Part shown: positions 44,344 through 54,677 of the stretch, one piece after another
Numbering within the stretch: the first letter of the stretch is position 1
How the letters are laid out: the number at the start of each line of letters is the position of its first letter
NCBI GenBank assembly: GCA_039111535.1
Contig: JBCCIM010000001.1
Coordinates: 25,959-89,958, forward strand
Reading direction: 5' to 3'
Source: Bacteroidota bacterium
GTDB taxonomy: Bacteria > Bacteroidota > Rhodothermia > Rhodothermales > JAHQVL01
DNA: 64,000 nucleotides
Program-made: the position numbers and the translations under genes
The notes under the pieces: model-generated
What the model was told of the DNA's origin: nothing
Seen by the model: the letters and a program-made list of their open reading frames with translations, nothing else
The model's database searches: none

Positions 44344-44361
44344 ATTATTAATGAGCCAGGA

Positions 44362-45954
44362 TTAGCGGTGCCGAGAATGGCGCTGTTTGCTGGAACGCTT
44401 TTTATTTTTATCATTGCGTCCTCCACCTCCCCGGCGATCTTCGGAACGCTTGGGCTCAGGCATCGGCTCGGAAGCCAGTGACTCGTTCCTTTTCTGGTAG
44501 ACTTCATCAACCAGCATGGCCAGCAACTCCGGCTCTTCTTCGACCAGTTCTTCGATCATGCCGACAAACTGGTTCAAGCGTTCGCGCTCCAAATTCGATT
44601 TGTCTCGAAAGCGCTGCTGCAACATCATTGTTGCGTGCTCCGCCATCTTTTCTTCAACCGCTTCTGCGCTCGGAATTTCACACGCTTTGATATCGATGTC
44701 GAACTTCCGGGTAATCCGAAGAAGCAAGGTCTTTTCAGTTGGTGTGGTTAGTACAATGTTGGTCCCGTTTTTACCTGCACGGGCTGTGCGGCCGGCGCGG
44801 TGTACGAAGTACTCCGGATCCTGCGGCACGTCGAACATGAACACGTGGCTCAGGTCAGAAATATCAATGCCGCGCGCTGCAACGTCTGTTGCTACGAGGA
44901 AACGCAGTTCACCTTTCCGGATACGGTCCATCACGCGCTCGCGGGCTTTCTGGTCGAGATCGCCGGAAATTTCGCTGGCGTCGAAACCGTAGTTGCGCAG
45001 AAACTTGGCGAGGTACTCTACATCACGCTTGGTGTTTACAAAGATGATGGCTGACTCGGGGCTTTCCATTTCAAAAAGCTTGACGAGCGTCCGGTCTTTG
45101 TCCATTTGATCAACCTGATAGTACCGGTGATCAATAGCATCTACACTCACCTGGCCAACGCTAAGCGACAGGAAGCCTGGCTCGTTGAGGAATTCCTCTG
45201 CGAGGGTGCGTACGCGCGGCGGCATTGTTGCGCTGAACATGAGCGATTGCCGTTTGCGCGGCAAGAACTTTTTCATTTCGCGCATCGCCGGCAAAAAGCC
45301 CATCGAGAGCATTTCGTCCGCCTCATCAAAAATGAGTGCTTCCAGCTTGTGCAGCGAAAAACTCTTGCGATACAGGTGGTCGATAATACGTCCGGGTGTA
45401 CCAATCACAACGTGTGCGCCTTGCTTGAAGGCAGAGAGTTGGGATTTGTATCGCACCCCGCCATAAACGAGCGCTGCACGTAGGCCATCTTCGGTGGCTT
45501 CGCCGCCGGCCATTTTGGTAAACTCCTCGTGTATTTGCCGGGCCAGTTCGCGGGTCGGGCAAAGTATAAGTGCCTGCGTCTCGGGAATGGTTGGGTCAAT
45601 TTTATCGAAAAGCGGCAGCAGGAAAGCACCCGTTTTACCGCTACCCGTGCGCGACTGTACAATAAGGTCGCGGCCTTCGAGTGCGTAAGGGATTGCTTTT
45701 TCCTGGACCGCCATGAGCGAATCCCATCCCGCGGTATCAACAGCCTTTCGAATGGTTGGCGGTAGTTCATCAATAGTGATATCCGGCAGGGGCGGGTCCG
45801 GTTCACTAAAAGAGGATACAACGCGATCCTGCCGGGCAGTTTGCTGCGCTTTGGCAGTGAGATCAATTACAGTGGTAAACCTTTGTCTACCAGAATCATC
45901 AGATGACATGAAGTTATTAGAACAAAATTCAGTTTTAGAGAGAGATGCCGGCAC
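44362..45954 (-). CDS. DEAD-box ATP-dependent RNA helicase
   Basis: Motif I SRTGSGKT, DEAD (IFDEADEM), SAT, motif VI HRAGRTARAG, and a basic C-terminal tail. An alternative start lies at 45909 (MSSDDSG). Confidence 0.93.
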   Translation of the reverse strand: MPASLSKTEFCSNNFMSSDDSGRQRFTTVIDLTAKAQQTARQDRVVSSFSEPDPPLPDITIDELPPTIRKAVDTAGWDSLMAVQEKAIPYALEGRDLIVQSRTGSGKTGAFLLPLFDKIDPTIPETQALILCPTRELARQIHEEFTKMAGGEATEDGLRAALVYGGVRYKSQLSAFKQGAHVVIGTPGRIIDHLYRKSFSLHKLEALIFDEADEMLSMGFLPAMREMKKFLPRKRQSLMFSATMPPRVRTLAEEFLNEPGFLSLSVGQVSVDAIDHRYYQVDQMDKDRTLVKLFEMESPESAIIFVNTKRDVEYLAKFLRNYGFDASEISGDLDQKARERVMDRIRKGELRFLVATDVAARGIDISDLSHVFMFDVPQDPEYFVHRAGRTARAGKNGTNIVLTTPTEKTLLLRITRKFDIDIKACEIPSAEAVEEKMAEHATMMLQQRFRDKSNLERERLNQFVGMIEELVEEEPELLAMLVDEVYQKRNESLASEPMPEPKRSEDRRGGGGRNDKNKKRSSKQRHSRHR

Positions 45955-45998
45955 TGCAATTATTTATACGATGCAGTGGGAATGCTATGCAGCACATG

Positions 45999-46748
45999 CT
46001 ACATAGCAAGACCTCCATCAACATGGAGCACATGGCCTGTTATGTAGTCAGCAGCGGGAGATGCGAGAAACAGTACACTATTCGCTACATCTTCGGGGGA
46101 TGCCGGACGACCAAGGGGTACAGCCCCTAGCATAGCTTCCTGCGCTTTATCAGAAAGCGCAGCGGTCATGTCCGTTGCAACGTATCCTGGGGCTACAACA
46201 TTCACCGTGACACCACGGCTGCCCAATTCTTTTGCAAGGCTCTTCGAAAATCCAATGATGCCGGCTTTTGATGCCGCATAATTAGCCTGTCCCGGATTGC
46301 CCATTACGCCTACTACTGACGATATATTAATAATTTTACCGCCGCGCTGTTTCATCATCGGGCGATAAGCTGCTTTAGAGAAGTTAAAAACACTTTTAAG
46401 GTTGGTCCCAATTACGGTGTCCCAATCCTCTTCGCTCATGCGGATCATCAAGCCATCACGGGTTACGCCGGCGTTGTTTACGACAACGTCGATGCTTCCC
46501 CAGGTGTCAGTAATCGACTTGATGGTTTCCTGCGCGCCTTCGAAGGAAGCTGCATCTCCCTGGAAGCTCAGTACTTCCGTGCCTTTTGCTTCAAGCTCAG
46601 CTTTGAGTGCTTCAGCAGTTTCGGTAGAAGAGCGGTATGTAAAGGCAACCCGTGCACCTGCTGCTGCAAATGCTTCAACCATTGCGCGGCCAATGCCCCG
46701 CGTTCCTCCAGTTACCAGGGTACTTTTACCCGTTAAATCCAGCTTCAT
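45999..46748 (-). CDS. fabG: 3-oxoacyl-[ACP] reductase FabG
   Basis: SDR motifs TGGTRGIGRA, NNAG and YAASKAG. Lies downstream of fabH. Confidence 0.93.
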   Translation of the reverse strand: MKLDLTGKSTLVTGGTRGIGRAMVEAFAAAGARVAFTYRSSTETAEALKAELEAKGTEVLSFQGDAASFEGAQETIKSITDTWGSIDVVVNNAGVTRDGLMIRMSEEDWDTVIGTNLKSVFNFSKAAYRPMMKQRGGKIINISSVVGVMGNPGQANYAASKAGIIGFSKSLAKELGSRGVTVNVVAPGYVATDMTAALSDKAQEAMLGAVPLGRPASPEDVANSVLFLASPAADYITGHVLHVDGGLAM

Positions 46749-46791
46749 TTCAAAATACTGTATAATTGATCAATAAGTTACGGTGCCGGCT

Positions 46792-47838
46792 TCAGGAAGC
46801 CTGTCCGTTTTGCGCGGCAACGCCAGCGGCTGACTTCTTCGCCACCTCTGAACCATCGTAAGCCCACTTGAGAAGCGTAGCGCCCCAGGTGAACCCACCG
46901 CCAAATGCGGTGAGCACAAGGTTATCACCCTTGCGCAACTCACTTTCCCAATCGCTAAGGCAAAGCGGGATCGTTCCCGCAGTTGTATTGCCGTAGCGCT
47001 CAATATTCAACATGACCTTGTCCATGGTCACACCCATCCGGCGCGCCGTGGCATCAATAATGCGCAAGTTGGCCTGATGCGGCACCAGGTAGCGTACGTC
47101 ATCACCGGTTAGCGAATTACGCTCCATGATTTCAGCGGCAACATCAGCCATACCCTTTACGGCATTTTTGAAGACCGTTTTGCCATCCTGTTTGACATAG
47201 TGCAGCCGTGCATCCACCGTCTCATGCGTTGCCGGGTGCAAACTTCCGCCACCAGCCATGCAAAGGGCGTTGACGTTCGACCCATCGGTATATTCGAGGG
47301 AATCAAGTACGCCATACCCATCTTCACCGGGCTCCAGGAGGACAGCGCCGGCGCCATCACCAAAGAGCACACACGTGGTGCGGTCGGTGTAATCGATGAT
47401 TGCAGACATTTTATCTGCACCGATCACCAGCACTTTATCGTGCTTGCCAGAGGCAATAAACTGTGCACCAGATGACAGGGCAAAAAGGAAGCCGCTGCAC
47501 GCAGCAGACAGGTCGTAACCCCAGGCATTGGTTGCGCCCAGCTGCGCCTGAACGAGGCACGCTGTTGCCGGGAAAACCATATCAGGCGTAACCGTAGCAA
47601 CAATAATGAGGTCAATTTCTTCAGCCGAGATCCCACGTTTTTGCAGCAATTCCTCAGCAGCCTTGGTTGCCATATAGGATGTTGCTTTATCAGGATCTTT
47701 TAAAATCCGGCGTTCGCTGATACCCGTTCGCGTCCTAATCCATTCATCATTGGTATCAACAATCGTTTCAAGCTCAGCGTTGGTCAACCGGTATTCAGGA
47801 AGGAAATGACCAACGGCAGTAATAGCAGCACTTCGCAT
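46792..47838 (-). CDS. fabH: 3-oxoacyl-[ACP] synthase III FabH
   Basis: Active-site context [12 protein letters not shown], and [10 protein letters not shown]. Carries a short C-terminal extension. Confidence 0.94.
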   Translation of the reverse strand: MRSAAITAVGHFLPEYRLTNAELETIVDTNDEWIRTRTGISERRILKDPDKATSYMATKAAEELLQKRGISAEEIDLIIVATVTPDMVFPATACLVQAQLGATNAWGYDLSAACSGFLFALSSGAQFIASGKHDKVLVIGADKMSAIIDYTDRTTCVLFGDGAGAVLLEPGEDGYGVLDSLEYTDGSNVNALCMAGGGSLHPATHETVDARLHYVKQDGKTVFKNAVKGMADVAAEIMERNSLTGDDVRYLVPHQANLRIIDATARRMGVTMDKVMLNIERYGNTTAGTIPLCLSDWESELRKGDNLVLTAFGGGFTWGATLLKWAYDGSEVAKKSAAGVAAQNGQAS

Positions 47839-47904
47839 AAAAAAGAGTCAGTAGTGAAACGCACTGGGGAAGTAGGGGTGGGGATAAAATAAGACCTGGC
47901 GGGG

Positions 47905-48915
47905 TCAATCACCGAGAACTTCTGTGATAGCTTCGGGAATATTGTGGCCTACAACACGCGTAGCCGTCAAAATAAGCTGGGTGATTGCACGGGCGGAAGA
48001 GCTGCCGTGGCCAATCAATACGTTGCCGTTTACACCCAAGAGTGGTGCACCGCCGTATTCTTCGTAGTTAAAGCGTTTGGAAATAGAACCAAGCAACGTT
48101 TTAACCAGGGTTTTCTGGGCATCATCAAACTGCAAGCGCTCCATTTCTTCCATAACAAGCTGGCGCAATACGGTTGTCATACAGCTTTCGCCAAACTTGA
48201 GAACGATGTTGCCCACAAAGCCATCGAAGACGATGACATCAGCCGCGTAAAAAAGCAGGTCCCGGCCTTCGATGTTGCCCACAAAATTTACATCGTCGCG
48301 CGCTTCGAGCAGGTTAAACGTAGCTTTGATTTGCTCATTCCCTTTGCCGGGCTCCTCACCGATGTTCATCAGCGCGATGGAAGGATTGGTGCGGTCGAGC
48401 ATGCGCTCAGCAAAGATGGCACCCATCTGTGCAAATTGAACGAGGTGCTCGGGTTTACAATCGACGTTGCTCCCCATATCCACACTGATACTATGGTTTC
48501 CCTTGGTGGTAGGGATAAAACCAATCAGCGTGGGGCGCGCTACTTTGGGCAGCCTGCCAAGCGTAAACAAAGAAGCCGCCATCACAGCTCCTGTGTTGCC
48601 GGCACTGATGAATGCGTCTGCATCACCATTCTTATGCGCACCCAATCCGATATGGATTGACGACTTGGTCTTGTTTTTTACAGCCGAAGCGGGTGACTCG
48701 GCCATCCCGATAACTTCAGGTGCATCTACAAGATGCAGGCCTTTAGGAGTCGCCTCGCCATGTTTCGCGAGTTCTGCGCGCAGCTCAGTTTCGGGTCCAA
48801 CCAGCAAGACCTCCAGATCTTCGCCGGCTTTAGCAAGGGCTGCGAGTGCACCCTCAACCACAACTCCAGGGGCATGATCTCCCCCCATCGCATCCACAGC
48901 AACTCGGATAGGCAT
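47905..48915 (-). CDS. plsX: Phosphate acyltransferase PlsX
   Basis: MPIRVAVDAMGGDHAP start typical of PlsX. Synteny is rpmF-plsX-fabH. Confidence 0.95.
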   Translation of the reverse strand: MPIRVAVDAMGGDHAPGVVVEGALAALAKAGEDLEVLLVGPETELRAELAKHGEATPKGLHLVDAPEVIGMAESPASAVKNKTKSSIHIGLGAHKNGDADAFISAGNTGAVMAASLFTLGRLPKVARPTLIGFIPTTKGNHSISVDMGSNVDCKPEHLVQFAQMGAIFAERMLDRTNPSIALMNIGEEPGKGNEQIKATFNLLEARDDVNFVGNIEGRDLLFYAADVIVFDGFVGNIVLKFGESCMTTVLRQLVMEEMERLQFDDAQKTLVKTLLGSISKRFNYEEYGGAPLLGVNGNVLIGHGSSSARAITQLILTATRVVGHNIPEAITEVLGD

Positions 48916-49021
48916 AGGTAATCAGTTTGTATTGTTAAATCGCTGAAGATTACACATCCAAAACGGATGTATCAACCCCAGTGATTTAAACATAGCATAG
49001 ATTTAAACTATGACGATTAAA

Positions 49022-49213
49022 CTATGCGTAATCGGCGCCATCCGCGATTTTACGACCACGGTAGTATCCACAATGTGGACAGGCACGATGACGGAGTTTT
49101 GTGTTTCCGCAGTTGGTGCACTCCATGGTCTGGGGGCGGCTCAGGCTACCGTAATAAACGGACCGGCGAGACCTTGTACGTGCTTTTGAGTTTTTTCGCT
49201 TTGGATTAGCCAT
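49022..49213 (-). CDS. rpmF: 50S ribosomal protein L32
   Basis: MANPKRKNSKARTRSRRS with zinc ribbon CTNCG...CPHCG. Confidence 0.95.
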   Translation of the reverse strand: MANPKRKNSKARTRSRRSVYYGSLSRPQTMECTNCGNTKLRHRACPHCGYYRGRKIADGADYA

Positions 49214-49355
49214 TGTTCACTCTTTACAGCTTCTAGAACCAGATAAAATTTAGCCAAAGGCGGTAGTGTACTCCGATCCTTGCGTCCTGGTTCTCTCTTT
49301 TTTCAGGATACGGGCACTATTTTGCCGATGCCTCGCAAATAAATGATGAAGCCGG

Positions 49356-49865
49356 CTATTCTTCGGCCGCTTCCTCACCCCCATCTGAGCTCAATTTTCG
49401 CAATGCCTCCCAACGCGGATCAATCCCGGCCTCACTACCAGCCGGCGCCCCAAACTCCAATGGGATCTCTTCCATGTCTGCCCCGGGCGCAATTTTTCGG
49501 GCAGGAATGGAGAGGATGAATGTATCCCGAACAAAGGCAGTCAGATCAATCTCTTCATCAGCATGCCCAATGCGCTGCACCTCATCATCTACCGACTCTC
49601 CGTCAACCGAGGGCGTGGCTGAATAAAGCACCTGGTGTTCGCCTTCCACAAGTTGCGTGAACGAAGCGAGCGTCCGGTCGCACTTCAGGTGGGCCTCTGC
49701 CTCAGTCTCCAACACAACAAAAATTCGGTTCGGATGAAAATCCACCCGGGCACCTACGTGCAGTTCTTGAAAAACATCCGGATCCAGGCCAAGTGCTTCT
49801 GGCGATGGCTGCCATTCAAAATCATGGATTCCGGGCTTGAGCGATTTAATGTCGACTTGGATCAT
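49356..49865 (-). CDS. YceD/DUF177 family protein
   Basis: Acidic 169-aa protein immediately upstream of rpmF, the conserved yceD-rpmF arrangement. Confidence 0.85.
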   Translation of the reverse strand: MIQVDIKSLKPGIHDFEWQPSPEALGLDPDVFQELHVGARVDFHPNRIFVVLETEAEAHLKCDRTLASFTQLVEGEHQVLYSATPSVDGESVDDEVQRIGHADEEIDLTAFVRDTFILSIPARKIAPGADMEEIPLEFGAPAGSEAGIDPRWEALRKLSSDGGEEAAEE

Positions 49866-50258
49866 TACAAAACAATATGTTAACCATGCCGCAGCATAAA
49901 GAACGCCGGCGACATGTGGCAGGGTTGGCCGTGACCGCGCGCATTTTCACAACGCTTTATCAACCGAGCCAGGCCCGGTTTAGAGACAAAATTAAGCGCG
50001 GTTGCAATATCGTTACTCTTCAGGACAAAATTTCTCGGGGTAACTGCTTGATGTTATTCAGCAGAATGTTTACAATTCTTCTCCCGATTTGAGGGAAGGC
50101 GTCAGGATGCAAGAAGCATCGGCTCTGTCACTGTAAAGTCCGTCACTGTAAAGTAAGCGTGTTTTTCTTACCAGAAGTCTGCACACCAGGATCCAGCAAC
50201 ACCACATTCTAATGAACAATTGTGCCCAGACCTAACCTGCACCGCAGGGGCACATTAG

Positions 50259-50267
50259 TGTGAATAA
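50259..50267 (-). promoter_or_regulatory. DnaA box (TTATTCACA)
   Basis: The + strand reads TGTGAATAA, one mismatch from TGTGGATAA. Confidence 0.55.
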
Positions 50268-50419
50268 CTTGTTCATATTGACCCATAGTACACCAGATAG
50301 CGGATCCAGATTGACCACTGCATTGTTTACTTTTTGTCCGAGCGTATTTTTCTGTAGACAGTCCTACTAGAAAACTCGCAAATCAGGCTCAAATACGCAT
50401 ATTGCACTTGTTGAAAACT

Positions 50420-50428
50420 TGTGTATAA
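50420..50428 (-). promoter_or_regulatory. DnaA box (TTATACACA)
   Basis: The + strand reads TGTGTATAA, one mismatch from consensus. Confidence 0.55.
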
Positions 50429-50454
50429 CAATGAGCCTTTTGTAAGGATTGTAC

Positions 50455-50463
50455 TGTGGATAA
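50455..50463 (-). promoter_or_regulatory. DnaA box (TTATCCACA, perfect)
   Basis: The + strand reads TGTGGATAA, the exact reverse complement of the consensus TTATCCACA. Confidence 0.7.
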
Positions 50464-50483
50464 CTATGAGCGTAATCCAGGGA

Positions 50484-50492
50484 TGTGAATAA
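50484..50492 (-). promoter_or_regulatory. DnaA box (TTATTCACA)
   Basis: The + strand reads TGTGAATAA, one mismatch from consensus. Confidence 0.55.
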
Positions 50493-50674
50493 CAAGTGCA
50501 TATCCCCTGTACACAAAACGGACTACAGGCTATCAGGCAATCGTTTGCTTTTATAAAGTAAGACGAAGCTTGCACTTCCAACGCCATTCCAATTGGTCCA
50601 TTTGTTTCCCTTTCATTGACGACACGCTTACCCTGCTCGACGTGAGTGTGCCCAATTTTTGATGCCCTTACAAC

Positions 50675-52249
50675 ATGGAGCTATCGGCAGACGCGGTATG
50701 GCAAGAGTGCCTGCAAATCATCCGTGACAACATTAGCAGGCAGAGCTTCAAAACCTGGTTTGAGCCACTCACGGCTGAGAAACTGGTTGAAGAAGACGAC
50801 GAGACAAGGCTTACGGTAAAATTGCCCAGCAGATTTTATTACGAGTGGCTCGAAGAGCATTACTTTGGTCTGTTAAGCAAAACCATTATGAAAGTGCTGG
50901 GTCCCCAGGGCCGGCTCTTCTATAATATTGTCATTGAAAAAGATGACACCGAGAGCGGCTACGAAGGATCGTCTATGCACCTGCCCTCTCGCAAGCCGGC
51001 CAACGAGCAACCCCCGGTGCAACGACATCATGGTACCCCCCCAGTCGGTCAGCAGCCCTCCGGACAGCAATGGCAACCGCATACGCAGCGCAACATTCCC
51101 CCGGAACCTCCGCGCCCGCATTACAACAACCAGGGGTTTGCACACCAGGCGCCCCCCGCACCACAGTCTCCATTTGCCAATCCATTTGTGATCCCTGGCC
51201 TTAAGCCGGCCAAAATCGAGCACAACCTCAATACGTCTTATACTTTTGATCGCTTCATTGAAGGCGATTGTAATCGCCTTGCACGGAGTGCTTCGCTCGC
51301 CATTGCACAGCAGCCTGGTGCAACCAGCTTCAATCCTTTCCTTATTTATGGCGGCGTGGGGCTCGGCAAAACGCACATGATCCAGGCCATTGGTAACCAT
51401 GTACTGGCCAACAACAGCAACCAAACGGTCCTGTATATTTCAAGCGAGCGCTTTACCACTGAATTTGTGCAAGCAATTCAGAACAACCGGGTCAGTGATT
51501 TTTCGATGTTTTATCGGCAAATCGACTTGCTGATCGTGGATGACGTGCAATTTTTTGGGGGCAAAGAAAAAACCCAGGAAGAGTTCTTCCACATTTTCAA
51601 CAGCCTGCACCAGGCTGGCAAACAGATTATTCTTTCAGCAGATCGTCCGCCAAGAGACATCTCTGGAATTGAAGAACGGCTGCTGTCCCGTTTCCAATGG
51701 GGCCTCACCGCAGATGTACAGGCACCTGAGTTTGAAACGCGCATTGCAATCCTGCAACGCCAGGCTGAAGATGATGGCATTCGGATTTCGCGTGATGTAA
51801 TCGAATTTGTTGCGCATCACATCAAGAGCAACATCAGAGAGCTCGAAGGCGCCCTGATTCGGCTACTGGCACATGCAACGCTGCACAAGCGGGAGATTGA
51901 TCTCAACATGGCCAAAGAGGTACTGCGCGACCTGATCAAGGATACGCGCGTCAACCTCACCATCGACGAGATTCAGCGGATCGCCTGTGAGTACTTCAAC
52001 ATCCCAGAAGACCTTGTTCGTGGTAAAACCCGCAAGCGCGAAGTTGTACAGGCCAGACAGGTAGCCATGTACTTCTCCAAACAGCTCACGCAGCATTCGC
52101 TGAAAACAATCGGACTGCATTTTGGCGGACGCGACCACTCTACCGTGATCCATGCCAACCAAAGCGTAGAAGATCAAATCGACACAGATCCAAAGTTTTC
52201 TGATACAATTGAGGAAATTCGGCAGCGGCTCGAACTCCGTAGTCGCTAA
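50675..52249 (+). CDS. dnaA: Chromosomal replication initiator DnaA
   Basis: 524 aa. N-terminal WQECLQIIRDNISRQSFKTWF, a Pro/Gln-rich linker, AAA+ Walker A GGVGLGKTH, and C-terminal DNA-binding GGRDHSTVIHA. Confidence 0.97.
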   Translation: MELSADAVWQECLQIIRDNISRQSFKTWFEPLTAEKLVEEDDETRLTVKLPSRFYYEWLEEHYFGLLSKTIMKVLGPQGRLFYNIVIEKDDTESGYEGSSMHLPSRKPANEQPPVQRHHGTPPVGQQPSGQQWQPHTQRNIPPEPPRPHYNNQGFAHQAPPAPQSPFANPFVIPGLKPAKIEHNLNTSYTFDRFIEGDCNRLARSASLAIAQQPGATSFNPFLIYGGVGLGKTHMIQAIGNHVLANNSNQTVLYISSERFTTEFVQAIQNNRVSDFSMFYRQIDLLIVDDVQFFGGKEKTQEEFFHIFNSLHQAGKQIILSADRPPRDISGIEERLLSRFQWGLTADVQAPEFETRIAILQRQAEDDGIRISRDVIEFVAHHIKSNIRELEGALIRLLAHATLHKREIDLNMAKEVLRDLIKDTRVNLTIDEIQRIACEYFNIPEDLVRGKTRKREVVQARQVAMYFSKQLTQHSLKTIGLHFGGRDHSTVIHANQSVEDQIDTDPKFSDTIEEIRQRLELRSR

Positions 52250-52481
52250 AGAAGTCGATTTAAAAAACTTGGACCTAAAATTTTTACGCTCAAAAATTTG
52301 CAGTAAAGTATTGTTTAAGCGAACTTTACTGCTACCATTTAATTAAAGAGTGGCTATAATAAGATCAGCCTGAATCGATGCTGGTCCTCACTTCTTGTTG
52401 TTTGCTTCGGGTTTCTGCACATACAACCCACGTAGCCCACAACCGGAAACCCGTAACCCAAAACTTGATCTGGTCAAATCC

Positions 52482-53612
52482 ATGAAGTTCTCCGCATCCA
52501 GTGCTGAACTCCTTCGGGCCTTAAACACCGTCGCCGGCGCTGTTCCTTCCAAAAGCACGTTGCCGATTCTCGAGTGTGTGCTGTTTGAACACGATGGTGA
52601 TGTACTACGGTTGAGCGCTACTGACCTGGAGATTTCTATTATCCAGTCGCTGCAGGTGCAGTTTGAAAGCAACGGCAGCCCCCGGGGCAACCGCGTTGCC
52701 GTACCAGCCAAGCGCCTGCTCGATACGCTGCGCGCCTTACCCAACCTGCCCATTTCTTTTGCTACAGATGATGAGTTCAACATCACGCTGCAAACAGATA
52801 TGGGTAAGTACAAAATGGTAGGACAGGATGGGGCAGACTTTCCAGCGCTGCCAGAGATTGCCGGCCAGTCCGGTTTCCAGACCAACGGCGAAATTCTCCG
52901 CCGCGCTATTCAGAAAACAAGTTTTGCAGTAAGCAAAGACGCCCTGCGGCCGGCAATGATGGGGATCTATTTCCAGATTGCAGCTGACCGCGGACGCATG
53001 GTAGCCACCGACGGCCACCGGCTTGTGCGCCTTACCATGGAATCGGTCACCAGCGAACTGCCGTCCAACTACATCGTGCCTGAAAAAGCCATGACCCTGG
53101 CAGCACGCGTAGCATCTGATGCAGATTGCGCCGTGATGGTTGACGGTAGCTACGCCAGCTTTGATTTTGGTGCTTGCCGGGTGCTGGCCCGCCTGATCGA
53201 CGAGAACTACCCTAACTACGAAGCGGTTATTCCGGTAGAAAATGACAAGCGTCTTTCGGTAAATCGCGAAGCTATGCTTGCCGCTGTAAAACGTGTAGGC
53301 CTGTATTCTTCCAGTATGACCAACCAGATCCGGCTTGAGATCTCCAATAACCAGGTCAAAATCTCTGCAGAAGATATCGAGCGGTCCAGCAAAGCCCACG
53401 AAATGGTTGCTGCCGAATACGACAGCGAAGACATGGTGATCGGGTTTAACGCCGCGTACCTGACCGAGGTATTGGGGCACCTGGATTCAGAAGAGATTGT
53501 ATTTGAACTGAGCTCACCCAACCGCGCCGGCATCGTCACACCGCTGGAGCAACAGGAAGGAGAAGAACTGCTGATGCTGATTATGCCCGTTATGCTTAAC
53601 ACCTACGCATAA
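52482..53612 (+). CDS. dnaN: DNA polymerase III beta sliding clamp DnaN
   Basis: Start chosen at MKFSASSAELLRALNTV (376 aa, typical clamp length). The track ORF begins 29 codons earlier. The C-terminal LIMPVML motif is typical. Confidence 0.95.
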   Translation: MKFSASSAELLRALNTVAGAVPSKSTLPILECVLFEHDGDVLRLSATDLEISIIQSLQVQFESNGSPRGNRVAVPAKRLLDTLRALPNLPISFATDDEFNITLQTDMGKYKMVGQDGADFPALPEIAGQSGFQTNGEILRRAIQKTSFAVSKDALRPAMMGIYFQIAADRGRMVATDGHRLVRLTMESVTSELPSNYIVPEKAMTLAARVASDADCAVMVDGSYASFDFGACRVLARLIDENYPNYEAVIPVENDKRLSVNREAMLAAVKRVGLYSSSMTNQIRLEISNNQVKISAEDIERSSKAHEMVAAEYDSEDMVIGFNAAYLTEVLGHLDSEEIVFELSSPNRAGIVTPLEQQEGEELLMLIMPVMLNTYA

Positions 53613-53633
53613 ACCCGAGACTTTCGTCAGCTT

Positions 53634-54608
53634 TTACATTTTATCAAGCAATTTGCTTGCTACACCGGACTTGAAGCCCGCGTGCTGTTGTACCTTTAAC
53701 AACTGATCGCGGGCTTCTTCTGTTTTCCCACCCGCCAGATAGACCTTGGCAAGCAGGTACCTGATTTCAAGAAGTAGCTCCGGCGACATCGCATCTGCAC
53801 CAACAAGACCTTCCAATTCTCGTTCAGCCTGCATCAAAACGGCGTCATTATATATATAGTGTAAGAAAAACCAGCGTTGCTGCGACCGCGCATAGCGTTG
53901 CGCAACGTCAGAAAATGCCATCAAATAAGACTCATCTCTTGCCATCGACTCCGGCGTACGTACTTCAGCATTAGACCAAATCATGCTCCGCAAATGTGAA
54001 GGGTGAGTAGCGTTAAGTTCTGAAGTAGTCAGATAGCCAAGGCGTGCAGTCCCGTTGCTAGAAAATACTACAAAAAGAACCATGGACAGGGTGGCTACAC
54101 TACCCCACAACTTCCACTTACCCTGAGATGTAGCAAGGACAGTTTTTATACCTGGACGTGGCAGCCGATCTTTACGACGAACGGGTTTCGCCTGTTCTAG
54201 CTTATACCCCGCCAGCGCTTCAAACTGCGCAACTGGATCCTGCTGATCAAGCAGTAACGCCATTTGTGCCCTGACTTGTGTATAGCGCTGTGCAACGTCA
54301 GGATCCGAGCCAAGCAGTCGCTGCAATGCTCCGTGATCAGATTCGACATCAGTTTCTGTATCCAGAACTGCAATCCCTTGCGGCAGGCTCTTTATGCCAA
54401 GTAATTCCTGGGCGGCGAGGTAAGCCATCAACTCATCTTTATGCCCGGGGGTAGATGTATCTGCTTCAGCTATCAATTGGTACAATGCCTTTACATCGTC
54501 AAACAGGGATGTATAGCGCGGATGCGCCGCTACATCAAGATGCAGTGCGCGTTGCTCTTCAGTCGAGAGCAGGCCGTATTGCAAAATCTTTTCTTCCAGT
54601 GTATTCAT
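53634..54608 (-). CDS. Putative anti-sigma-like membrane protein (single TM, TPR-like C-terminus)
   Basis: Lies immediately downstream of a sigma gene. Cytoplasmic N-terminal ~170 aa, TM helix WGSVATLSMVLFVVFS, and an extracytoplasmic helical repeat region. The function is inferred from context only. Confidence 0.55.
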   Translation of the reverse strand: MNTLEEKILQYGLLSTEEQRALHLDVAAHPRYTSLFDDVKALYQLIAEADTSTPGHKDELMAYLAAQELLGIKSLPQGIAVLDTETDVESDHGALQRLLGSDPDVAQRYTQVRAQMALLLDQQDPVAQFEALAGYKLEQAKPVRRKDRLPRPGIKTVLATSQGKWKLWGSVATLSMVLFVVFSSNGTARLGYLTTSELNATHPSHLRSMIWSNAEVRTPESMARDESYLMAFSDVAQRYARSQQRWFFLHYIYNDAVLMQAERELEGLVGADAMSPELLLEIRYLLAKVYLAGGKTEEARDQLLKVQQHAGFKSGVASKLLDKM

Positions 54609-54677
54609 AACAATCTTGTGCGGCAAAACGATTTTAGGTATTTCCTTTTAAGACAAACGCCTGTAGGCAGGCATACC

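Larger units (their letters stand above)
50120..50600. other. Probable chromosomal replication origin (oriC), DnaA-box cluster
   Basis: This 809-bp non-coding gap upstream of dnaA coincides with the gene-strand switch. It holds four TGTGnATAA boxes in one orientation plus a 13-nt tandem repeat (50127-50139 and 50142-50154). Confidence 0.65.

Noticed and set aside
50327-50587. 86-aa minus-strand ORF upstream of dnaA.
   Set aside because: It overlaps three of the four DnaA boxes in the putative origin. It has an odd Cys/Ile/Ser-rich composition and no homology features.
52737-53480. 247-aa minus-strand ORF. Similar long antisense ORFs lie at 22600-23265, 47944-48660, 56609-57244 and 57115-57726.
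   Set aside because: Each lies opposite a confidently identified gene (dnaN, GAF kinase, plsX, rpsB). The 57115-57726 ORF is merely the reverse reading of the rpsB Lys/Glu/Ala repeat.
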